Shown: positions 10,712 through 19,984 of the stretch, one piece after another
Layout of the letters: every line of letters begins with the position of its first letter
Numbering within the stretch: position 1 is the first letter of the stretch
Made by a program: the position numbers and the translations under genes
Source: an uncultured virus (IMG/VR IMGVR_UViG_2049941000_000845)
Taxonomy: Duplodnaviria > Heunggongvirae > Uroviricota > Caudoviricetes
Reading direction: 5' to 3' (one strand)
Length of the DNA stretch: 44,983 bases
IMG/VR virus record: IMGVR_UViG_2049941000_000845
The notes under the pieces: generated by a model
Told to the model about the DNA's origin: nothing
The model's database searches: none
What the model saw: only the letters and a program-made list of their open reading frames with translations

Positions 10712-12360
10712 TTACAAAAATAAAAGACCGCGCGTGTCGTACACGCTCTCGGTCAGGTCAGCGCCGCATCGGATGGCGCGGTCAAGAGCCATGATGGTCG
10801 CAATGGCTCCGTCTATCTTTTCCGTGGATTTCTCCTTGTCCGCCTTGATGTTGCCGGCGGGATCGGTGCGGATGTAGATGTTGTCCATCATCCACCGAAG
10901 CACGGGGTGACCGCCGTGGGCGATTTTCTGCTCAAGGGTCAGCTTCATCAGTTCTTTCGTGGGCGGCGACATATCCTTGAAGCCCTGCCCGAACGGAACG
11001 ACCGTGAAGCCCATGTTCTCAAGGTTCTGCACCATCTGCACAGCGCCCCATCGGTCGAAGGCGATCTCCCGGATGTTGAAGCGTTCTCCCAGCTTCTCGA
11101 TAAATTTCTCAATGAAACCGTAGTGGACGACGTTTCCCTCCGTGGTCATGATGAAGCCCTGCCTTTCCCACAGGTCATACGGCACGTGGTCGCGGCGGAC
11201 GCGGAGCTGGAGCGTTTCCTCCGGCACCCAGAAGTACGGGAGTATGCTGTACTTCCCGTCGTCGTCACCGGGCGGGAACACCAGGACGAACGCCGTGATG
11301 TCCGTCGTGGAGGACAGGTCGAGTCCGCCGTAGCAGACGCGGCCCTCCAGGTCGTCTTCGGAAACCGGGAAGGCGCAGGCGTCCCATTTCTCCATCGGCA
11401 TCCATCTGACCGACTGCTTGACCCACTGATTAAGGCGGAGCTGCCGGAATGCGTTCTCCTCGCCGGGGTTTTGCTGGGCGGACAGGCAGGCGGCTCTGAC
11501 CTTGTCGATACCGACCGTGATTCCGAGGGAGGGGTTCGCTTTCTTCCAGACGGCAGGGTCCGTCCAGTCCTCGTCCTCGGAAGCGCCGTAGATGACCGAG
11601 TAGAAGGTCGGGTCGATCTTCCGTCCGGCCTGGATGTCGAGGGCTTTCTGATGCACCTCCCAGCAGATCGAGTTTGTGTCGTTGCCAGCCGTGGTGATCA
11701 GGAAATACAGCGGCTGCATCCTCGCGTCGCCGGAGCCCTGGAGCATGACGTCGAACAGCTTTCTGTTGGGCTGCGTGTGCAGCTCGTCGAAGATGACGCC
11801 GTGGGTGTTGAAGCCGTGCTTGTTCGCCACGTCCGCCGAAAGCACCTGGTAGGAGGAGTTGGTCGGCTTGTAGACCAGCTTCTTCTGCGATTCCAGTATC
11901 TTCACGCGCTTGGAAAGCGCCGGACAGAAACGAACCATGTCCACGGCTACGTCAAAGACGATCTTCGCCTGGTTGCGGTCGGCGGCGCAGCCGTACACTT
12001 CGGCTCGTTCCTCGCCATCTCCGCAGGTGAGCAGCAGCGCGACGGCGGCAGCCAGTTCCGACTTGCCCTGTTTCTTGGGGATCTCGATGTACGCCGTGTT
12101 GAACTGTCGGTAACCGTTCTCCTTGATGACTCCGAACAGATCCCGGATGATCTGTTCCTGCCAGTCGATAAGTTCGAACGGCTTCCCGGCCCAGGNNNNN
12201 NNNNNNNNNNNNNNNNNNNNNNNNNNNNNNNNNNNNNNNNNNNNNNNNNNNNNNNNNNNNNNNNNNCTATGAACATGACGGCGTAGTCGGCCGCCTCCTT
12301 ATCGTACCGGGAGGTCTTCTCCATGAACTTCGTGGGCTTGTACTTTTTCAGTTTCCGCAA
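10712..12360 (-). CDS. terL: Terminase large subunit
   Basis: TTG start MRKLKKYKP; PKKQGKS Walker A, IFDELH Walker B, GGLDLSSTTD nuclease, KIDG motif. Confidence 0.95.
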
Positions 12361-12429
12361 TGGACGGCCTCCTTTCAAAAAGCATAAAAAATGAGCCTCC
12401 GCCGCGATCGGCGAGACCCTTCATAACGA

Positions 12430-12456
12430 GGAACAGAGCCGCTCGGCTCGTGTTCC
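12430..12456 (-). terminator. Hairpin closing the accessory block upstream of terL
   Basis: GGAACAGAGCC-GCTC-GGCTCGTGTTCC stem just downstream of the 12480 stop; no clear U-tract. Confidence 0.35.
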
Positions 12457-12479
12457 GCAGGTATTCAATTCATCATGTT

Positions 12480-12958
12480 TTACTGTCGCATCGCCCAGGC
12501 AATGGCATGTCCGTCGTCCTCGAACTCGACCTCGCTTGCCGCGCACAGCCCGATGGTTCCTTCGCAGGAATGGTCATCATCGAGGAACTCGTAGGTCGCT
12601 CCGAAGAAGCAGGCCTTGTTCCTGCCGTTGTAGTAGTGACATCATGGAGACGGTNNNNNNNNNNNNNNNNNNNNNNNNNNNNNNNNNNNNNNNNNNNNNN
12701 NNCGTTCTCATCGCGTATTTGGGGTTCTCGTTCTGCTGGGGCTTGGGGCTTGCCGTCCGCACGTCCTTCGCCATCTGGCTGAGTGCGAGGCAAAGCTGAA
12801 TGTAGCTCTTGAGCTGTCCCGCGTGAATGCCGCCCCTGNNNNNNNNNNATGATCACCTTGTCGCCGAAGGTCAGGACCTTGTTCCACCGGGTTTCCAGGT
12901 CTTCCGGGGTGGTGGGATTCGGCAGTCTGTACTTTCTCATCGCTTCGCTGATCGTCAT
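12480..12958 (-). CDS. Hypothetical protein, interrupted by a misplaced block
   Basis: MTISEAMRKYRLPNP...FGDKVI plus HYYNGRNKACFFGATYEF...GHAIAWAMRQ*; AAGGAGG RBS. Confidence 0.55.
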
Positions 12959-12971
12959 CGTTCCGTCCTCC

Positions 12972-13169
12972 TTACTGTTCGCCTCGGATCGCTTTCCGTC
13001 TGGCCTGCTGCGCGGTGTAGAGAACCGTGAAGTCTTCCCAGGAAAGGCGGTAGGCGCTGCAGTCCTGCGAGAACTCGATGCGGATGCCCTCGATCTCGTT
13101 GCGGTCGGTGCAGGCTTCAATGCGCTTGAGGTAGGCCGCAGCTCTTTTGCTGATTTTCTGCTGTTTCAT
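12972..13169 (-). CDS. Small hypothetical protein (65 aa)
   Basis: GGAGG RBS before ATG 13169; first gene after the repeated promoter-like motif. Confidence 0.7.
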   Translation of the reverse strand: MKQQKISKRAAAYLKRIEACTDRNEIEGIRIEFSQDCSAYRLSWEDFTVLYTAQQARRKAIRGEQ

Positions 13170-13191
13170 GGTGTTGTCCTCCATTCGTTTT

Positions 13192-13245
13192 GGTACTGTA
13201 TATATCACTCTAAACGGAGAAAAAAGCAAGTCATTTCTGCGATAT
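13192..13245 (-). promoter_or_regulatory. Repeated promoter-like motif, copy 1
   Basis: Minus strand ...GACTTGCT-N-TTTAGAGTGATATATACAGTACC; near-identical flanks to 14745-14798. Confidence 0.7.
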
Positions 13246-13291
13246 TTCTCAAAGAAATTTACACAAATTACCAGCCCGGAAGCTGTGTATT

Positions 13292-13492
13292 TTATGACTG
13301 CGTTTGGCGGTGGATCGTCTCTATGATCTGCTCCTGCTCATCGGCCGCGACGCCGATGGATTCGAGCGCCTGCCTGGTTCCGCAGTCCGGGCAGATGAGG
13401 GTTTTGTTGTCCGTTCTCGAAAGAGCCGGATGCTCGTGGTAGATTCTGCCGCAAAGCGGGCAGACAGCGGTCCTTGTCACGTTATCCTTCAT
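13292..13492 (-). CDS. Small zinc-finger protein
   Basis: CPLCG...HPALSR...ICPDCG. Confidence 0.75.
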   Translation of the reverse strand: MKDNVTRTAVCPLCGRIYHEHPALSRTDNKTLICPDCGTRQALESIGVAADEQEQIIETIHRQTQS

Positions 13493-13955
13493 TTTCACAT
13501 ACCTCCACGCATTTGTCGTAGGCGTCGAACAGCACGTTCCTGTCGAAACCGAAAGTGTCGTATCCCTCAAGACAGGTTCTCATATAGTAGTTGCTCGGAA
13601 TACCGATGGCGCGCTCCTCGTGCATGATGTATGCGAACGCGGTCACCGTCCGGCGGAGTCCCGTGCGGATACCCTTATACCGAACCTTGATCTCCTTCTT
13701 GTAGTAGAAGGTCGGGAAACCCTCGTAGCGGTCGAGAGCCTTTTCGTCTTTTTCGGTGACCTCCCAGATCACCACAGGAACGGAGCCGTTCTCGCTTTGC
13801 TCAATGGTGAGGTAGGACCCGGTCTTGCTTCCCTTGAAAAGCAGCTCCCAGCCCTTGAGACTGGCCGTGCCGAGGATCGAGGCGTGAGGGCAGCGCATAC
13901 GCATCTGCGGGACGTTGAGGTTGCTGCCGTAGGCAATGTAGTATCTTTTTTCCAT
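13482..13955 (-). CDS. Gamma-glutamylcyclotransferase (AIG2-like) family protein
   Basis: YYIAYGSNLN and LDRYEGFP motifs. Confidence 0.88.
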   Translation of the reverse strand: MEKRYYIAYGSNLNVPQMRMRCPHASILGTASLKGWELLFKGSKTGSYLTIEQSENGSVPVVIWEVTEKDEKALDRYEGFPTFYYKKEIKVRYKGIRTGLRRTVTAFAYIMHEERAIGIPSNYYMRTCLEGYDTFGFDRNVLFDAYDKCVEVCENEG

Positions 13956-13998
13956 AGTCTGTACCATCCTTTCCGAAGGAAATACCCTNNNNNNNNNN

Positions 13999-14691
13999 CG
14001 GCTCATCGAACTGGAAGAGCCGGAACTCGATGGTGCCCTTGGTGAAGGTGGCGTGATAGTTGAGCATATGGTAGCGGCTGTCGTTGTAGTGCTGGGTTCT
14101 GCCGTAGTTCGCGCCGTGGGTGGTGTACCAGATGTCCGCAAGGTCTGCCATCGTTCTCGGCTTCTTTGCGTTGACCTTCCGCAGGAAGTTGGGGTCGACC
14201 GTGCGGCAGTAGCGGCTCACGCGGTAGGAGTCGAGCTTGAGGGCTTCGGCAATCAGGCTTTCGTGGCTCGCCATGATGTTTGCGAGGTTGCGGAGCGTCT
14301 GCGGCGTGTGGCCGTTGGCTCCGATGTGGATGTGAACTCCGCAGCCCCGGCTCGCATCGCTCTTCGCGCCGTTGTGGCGAAGCTGGCGGCAAAGTTCCTG
14401 CAGGGTCTCCATGTCGCTGTAGTGAAGGATCGGCGTGACCAGTTCGCATTTCTCGTCATCAGGGCCGTTGATGGAAACGTCCCTCTGGAACTTCCACTCG
14501 CGTCCCTCGGCGTCCCAGGCGCTCCAGGTGTAGTAACCGTTGCGGTCGGCGGTGTTCTCGTATCTGCCGGTTCCGAAGAACCCGGCTGCGACCTTCGCGG
14601 CGCTTTTGCGGGTGATGTTGTTCATCTCGACCTCGACCCCGATGGTCTGGTTTTTCATCTCGCTGATCTGTCTTTCGGTCCTTGCGTTCAT
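13999..14691 (-). CDS. Putative amidoligase (COOH-NH2 ligase type 2); C-terminal part displaced to 12703-12838
   Basis: GVEVEM, ELVTPIL, CGVHIH, RY.MLN, TIEFRLF motifs. Confidence 0.85.
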
Positions 14692-14744
14692 GGCGTGTGC
14701 CTCCTTGAAAATCCTTTGATTTCCGCAGGTTTTCTCTCCCTTGC

Positions 14745-14798
14745 GGTACTGTATATATCACTCTAAAGCACACAAATAGCAAGTCATTTCTGCGATAT
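14745..14798 (-). promoter_or_regulatory. Repeated promoter-like motif, copy 2
   Basis: GGTACTGTATATATCACTCTAAA-N10-AGCAAGTCATTTCTGCGATAT, upstream of amidoligase. Confidence 0.7.
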
Positions 14799-14844
14799 AA
14801 ACCGGACAAATATCGGGTCTTTTTCAGGGTCTGAATTGTGTATA

Positions 14845-15008
14845 TTACGGGTCGATCTTCCTGACGACATCCTCGCCGTAGACCACGTTCAGGCCGCTGC
14901 CGTTATCCCATCGCATAAGGAGAGATCCGGTGTCATCAACACCCAGCACAGTTCCTTTCGTGCCTACGGGCGGAGCCTGTCGGTCATCCATCCGCACCAG
15001 TTCCACGC
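14845..15008 (-). CDS. DUF4314-like protein, C-terminal part (start in gap)
   Basis: VELVRMDDRQAPPVGTKGTVLGVDDTGSLLMRWDNGSGLNVVYGED*. Confidence 0.75.
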
Positions 15009-15125
15009 NNNNNNNNNNNNNNNNNNNNNNNNNNNNNNNNNNNNNNNNNNNNNNNNNNNNNNNNNNNNNNNNNNNNNNNNNNNNNNNNNNNNNNNNNNNN
15101 NNNNNNNNNNNNNNNNNNNNNNNNN

Positions 15126-15694
15126 AAAGCGTACTTTTCGCTTTCGACTTCCTTTTCCTTCGCCGTCACCCGTTTGGCGTTCTTCGCCATGTCGCAGAGC
15201 GCGGTCACGAGATGCGTGTAGGCTTTAACCGACTCGGCGTCCGTTTCGGTGAACCAGGGAAATGCGATCTTTTCATCGGTCACTTCAATCGGCAGGCTGT
15301 CCGCGCCGAGTGCTTTCTTTATAAGACCGGCTTTGCTGTCGACCAGCTTCTGAAGGTTCTCGATTGCCGCGTCCGTGAGAAGCGTCCTCGGCACGGCAAT
15401 TTCAAGCCCGCCTGTGCGCGCCTGTGCCGCCGCTGTCGGCTCTTCGGCCGTGTCATCCTCCGCAGGCTCGAACTCAAAACCTGCCGCCGAGATCGCCTCC
15501 AGAAGCCATTCGACTTCCTCGCTGTCGGTTCTGTCGCTGAAAGACAGGGTTCCGTCTCTGTCAACCGTGTAAAGGTCGATCTCATAGGCCATGCTCGGCA
15601 TACCGAGATACTTCGGTTTGATGTCGAGAAACCTGCCGATGGTCTGAACCAGTCGCTTGCGCTCGGTTCCGGTTACGTTGTACCTGATTTCCAT
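15126..15694 (-). CDS. Conserved phage hypothetical protein, end in gap
   Basis: AAGGAGG RBS; MEIRYNVTGTERKRLV...YLGMPSMAY...IAFPWF...EKYA. Confidence 0.75.
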
Positions 15695-15718
15695 TTGTGG
15701 ATACCTCCTTGTTTTTTC

Positions 15719-15757
15719 GGTAGTACATATATCACTCTGAATGCCTGAAATAGCAAG
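15719..15757 (-). promoter_or_regulatory. Repeated promoter-like motif, copy 3 (divergent)
   Basis: Minus strand CTTGCTA-N-CAGAGTGATATATGTACTACC with the same spacing as copies 1 and 2. Confidence 0.6.
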
Positions 15758-15797
15758 GGGTATTTCCACAATTTCTGGGACAAATACTGTAGAGTAT

Positions 15798-17895
15798 TCA
15801 GCCTTCAAACTGGTCATAGTACACGATGCCCGCAAGGACGAAACAGACGCACGGGAGCGCCACGCCGTTGCCCCACAGCTTGTACTCCGCAGAGTCGGCG
15901 TGAGGATCTTTCAGCCATTTCACGATCTGAGCGTCCGACTTCGGCTTCGCTGCCGATCCTGTCACAAGACGGTGTGTCTCAAACACCTCTCTCCAGAACT
16001 CCATATCGCTCTCAGTCGGTTCTTCCGTACCGAGATCGGCGCACCACCAGTCCGGGAAGCCCTGGAGTCTGGCGCATTCAGTCGGCGTCAGCCTGCGGAC
16101 GATGTAGTACGGTTCCTCAGAAACTGTCGGNNNNNNNNNNGGGTCCTTATAATCCGTAGCTACAAGCGTGTTCACCACATCTTCCTCTGCGAGGGTGTGG
16201 AAAGAACTCTTGCTCGTGGAGTACACGGGGTGAGCTACGGCTCCCGGCCCCTTTGCCAGCATCGGCGGTTCAACTTCTTCATCTATACAGGGAGCGAACT
16301 GCGCGTTCTGCCCCATATTGTAGGTGGCGCGGTCGATGCCGTACGCAACGGCGTGGCGGTCGGTGGCGTCGAGCGTGAAGGAAACCTCCTCGTTCACGCC
16401 GCTGCCCTGCGGGCCGTTCCTGTCGGCGCGTCCGATCATTGAGCCCTGCAGCACATAGGTCTGCTGCTTCATTCCCGGTTCGGCGGAGATACACCCCGCC
16501 CTGGTCCCGAGGTCTCTAACCTCGTCACGTTGATTCTGTGCAAACGCAACTACAGCCATGCCGCCCTGGTTGCNNNNNNNNNNNNNNNNNNNNNNNNNNN
16601 NNNNNNNNNNNNNNNNNNNNNNNNNNNNNNNNNNNNNNGGGTTTCCGCCGTTGGCGTCCAGGGTGCGGGTCGTGTCAGCCTTGTAAAAGCCGCTGTTCGG
16701 ATTGTCCGATTTCATGGCGTTGGAGTCCTTGGCGCAGATGCCGAAGACGGTCGGAACGAAAACGGTCTGGTCGTTGTTGGTGGCGAGGGTCGCCGACTTG
16801 TCCCTTTGAATGAGAGGACCCTTGCCGCCGCCTTCGCATCCGCAGCGGATCTTCAGCACGAGAGGCACGTTGTTGCCGCCGGTCCCCATACGGGAGGTCA
16901 GCGTCTGCACCTTGCCGTCTTCGGAAATAGTCACACGGCTGTCGGCGGGATGGTTCTCAAGCGCAACGGCGGCAGGAACAGTGCCGGCGCGCAGCGTCGG
17001 AGACAGTTCCTCTTCGTACCCGATAGAGCGGCTCTTTGCAGAGTGTTCCGTGCAGAAGCCCGCCGCTTCCGTAACAACGGGCGGATGGTGCGCCTCGGCT
17101 CGAAGTGTGGCGGTCACGTCCTCGGTTACATCCATGCGGTCGCCGCCCTGGTCGTTTAGAACCATGACGCCGTTCCGGCCCGTGGACATTCCGCAGTTCA
17201 CGCCGAGGGTGNNNNNNNNNNATCTATCGCTCCGTTGTAGCCGTCTGTGCCGACGCTTGCCGGATGAGAGCCATCTTCAGCAGCTCCGGCAGCTCCTTGC
17301 CACGAACGGAAGCCCTGCGGAGTATACCCAGACAGGCCTTCTGACTCAAACAGTACTTTTCCGGCACGTTGGCCTGCAAGATCTGCGACAAGGTAGATGC
17401 GTTTTCTGCGCTGGGGGACTCCCCAGTATTGAGCATCAAATACCCGCCATGCGATTGAGTGATCGTCTGCCAGGATACACCCGGCGTTCGGCCACCTCGC
17501 AGGTCGAGGAGTATCAGCTTCGGGGTCTTTGACGCGGCGGATCTCGTCGAGGACGGCTTTGAAGTCTTCGCCGTCGTTCGAGGAGAAAGCGCCGGGTACG
17601 TTTTCCCAGCAGAGCCAGGTCGGAAATCGTCCATTGGTAGCATTCCTCATTTCTTTTGCGATTCGGACGGCTTCGTAGAAAAGGTTCGAGCGGGACCCGT
17701 CCAGCCCCGCTCTGCGGCCCGCCACGCTCATGTCCTGGCACGGTGAGCCGAAGGTGATGATATCCACGGGTTCAAGGTCAGCGCCGTTGATCCGGGACAC
17801 GTCGCCGTAGTGTTTCATAAAGGGCAGCCGCTTCGTGGTTACCCGAATGGGAAACGGCTCGATCTCTGAAGCCCAGAGCGGGGGGATTCCTGAGA
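15798..17895 (-). CDS. DNA cytosine-C5 methyltransferase with very long variable region (start in gap)
   Basis: WASEIE (II), FGSPCQDMS (IV), WENVPG (VI), PQRRKRIY (VIII), RRLTPTECARLQGFP (IX), WGNGV (X). Confidence 0.88.
17224..17634 (-). CDS. Out-of-frame nested ORF resembling the beta polypeptide of split C5 methyltransferases
   Basis: GAGGA 9 nt before ATG 17634; LNTGESPSAENASTLSQIL...PEKYCLSQKACLGILRRA...ELPELLKMAL; stop TAG at 17224. Confidence 0.6.
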   Translation of the reverse strand: MDDFRPGSAGKTYPALSPRTTAKTSKPSSTRSAASKTPKLILLDLRGGRTPGVSWQTITQSHGGYLMLNTGESPSAENASTLSQILQANVPEKYCLSQKACLGILRRASVRGKELPELLKMALIRQASAQTATTER

Positions 17896-17984
17896 NNNNN
17901 NNNNNNNNNNNNNNNNNNNNNNNNNNNNNNNNNNNNNNNNNNNNNNNNNNNNNNNNNNNNNNNNNNNNNNNNNNNNNNNNNNNN

Positions 17985-19162
17985 TCCGGGGCTATGCCGT
18001 TCTCGACAGCCCTGCGGAGGATCACGGAAGCGTATTTCTCGTCCAGTTCCATCATGCAGCACACGCGGCCCATCTGCTCACAGGCCATCATCGTGGAGCC
18101 GGAGCCGCCGAAGGTGTCAAGCACCACGGCGTTCTCCTGCGTGGAGTTCCCGATGGGATAGCCGAGCAGGTCGAGCGGCTTCGAGGTGGGATGGTTGGCG
18201 TTTCGTTTCGGTTTGGCGAACTGCCATACCGTCGTCTGCTTGCGGTCGGAGTACCAGGGGTGCTTCCCGTTCTGGAGGAAGCCGTACAGCACGGGTTCGT
18301 GCTGCCACTGATAGTCCGAGCGTCCGAGAACGAGGCTGTCCTTCACCCAGATGCAGCATCCGGCGAGATGGAACCCGGCGTCGATGAACGCCCTGCGGAA
18401 GTTCAGACCTTCGGTGTCCGCGTGGAACACGTAGGCAGCGCCACCTTTCTCCATGTGTCCCGCTGCGGCTTTGAAGGCGGAGAGGAGGAACTGATAGAAC
18501 TCCTCGTCCTTCATGGAATCGTTCTGGATCGTCAGCCCGCTCGCGCTCTTGAAGGAAACGCCGTAGGGCGGGTCGGTCAGCAGAAGGTTCGCCCGTTTGT
18601 CGTCCATGAGCAGGGCGACATCCTCCTCGGAGGTGGCGTCCCCGCACACGAGGCGGTGCCGGCCGACCGTCCACACGTCGCCGCGCTCCACGAAGGAAGC
18701 CTTCTCAAGGGCGGCGGTGAGGTCGAAATCGTCATCCTTTACATCTTTCTCATCGTCGGCGAACAGGTCGGCGATCTCGTCGGCATCGAAGCCCGTGAGC
18801 AGCGGGTCGAAATCCGCAGCCTGCAGAGCCTCGATCTCCACGCGGAGGAGTTCCTCGTCCCATCCGGCGTCCATCGCCATACGGTTGTCGGCGATGATGT
18901 ACGCTTTCTTCTGGGCTTCGGTGAGGTGGTCGGCGAATACGCACGGCACCTCCGTGATGCCTTCCTCCTTCGCGGCGAGGATGCGGCCGTGTCCGGCGAT
19001 GACGCCGTAGTCGCGGTCGATGATGACGGGGTTTATAAAACCGAACTCCCGCAGAGAAGACCGCAGTTTCACGATCTGCTCCGGGGAGTGCGTTCTCGCG
19101 TTATTCACATAAGGGACGAGTTTGCTGATCGGTACGAGCTGGAGTTCGGTGGTCGTCTTCAT
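17985..19162 (-). CDS. ParB-like domain plus amino (N6A/N4C) DNA methyltransferase, end in gap
   Basis: LVPYVNNARTH...FGFINP..IAGHGR (ParB); TDPPY, HPTSKP, LDTFGGSGST. Confidence 0.92.
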
Positions 19163-19984
19163 CGTACCAGCCCCCATTCAGCGAACTTCTCGAAGCCGCC
19201 GAGAGAGCGGATGTACTCGCGGGCGGTTTCCACGATCTCCGAGTACGGTCTGCCGTCCACGGTATCGTCGCCGATGGCGCAGCACAGTTCCACGGGGCTG
19301 TCGGTCTCCTGGGCTTTGAGCCAGGCNNNNNNNNNNCGCTTTGGACAGATCTTTGCCGTGCAGGCCGCCGCCCGTGACGGAGTCGGCCATATCGGAGCCG
19401 AGTTTGCGGTTGGTGGCGCCGGAGTCCACGTCCGTGCCGCCCGTCCAGTCGCCCAGGGGATTGACCTCGGCGTCCGGGTAGGTCTCATGAAGGTGGACGG
19501 TTCTGGCGTTGCTCTGACAGATGATCAGGCGTTCGCCGTCAAGGACGTACTTGCCGTCGCTGCCGTACACGCCGTAGATGAATTTGGCGATATCGGTCAG
19601 ACGGTTCTGCTCCTCGGTGACGGGGGTACCTCTGAAGACGCCGTTGTCGCCGCAATGGAAGCCGTCCGTCTGGTTTTCGGCGAGGTGCGCGTCCTGCGGG
19701 ACTTCAGCATAGTCTGTGCGAAGNNNNNNNNNNNNNNNNNNNNNNNNNNNNNNNNNNNNNNNNNNNNNNNNNNNNNNNNNNNNNNNNNNNNNNNNNNNNN
19801 NNNNNNNNNNNNNNNNNNNNNNNNNNNNNNAGGTCTCCGCGATGATGTGGCAGACGCCGTGGCCGATAAGTACCTCCACGGCGATCTTCGGATTCTCGTC
19901 CCTGGCGTATGCCAGGTCGACAAGCGCGCCGGCAATGCGGTCGGCGACTTTGTCAGGGTGCGAGGGATTTACTTTTTCGAACAT
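19159..19984 (-). CDS. metK: Compact S-adenosylmethionine synthetase-like protein
   Basis: HPDKVADRIA, CGDNG, DGK, GG.DVDSGATNRK, GGGLHGKDLSK motifs; two gaps. Confidence 0.78.

Noticed and set aside
17198..19177. 659-aa ParB/N6-MTase/C5-MTase fusion in the ORF track
   Set aside because: The join runs through an 89-N gap that must hide the end of one enzyme and motif I of the other; separate genes are more likely, though fusion cannot be excluded
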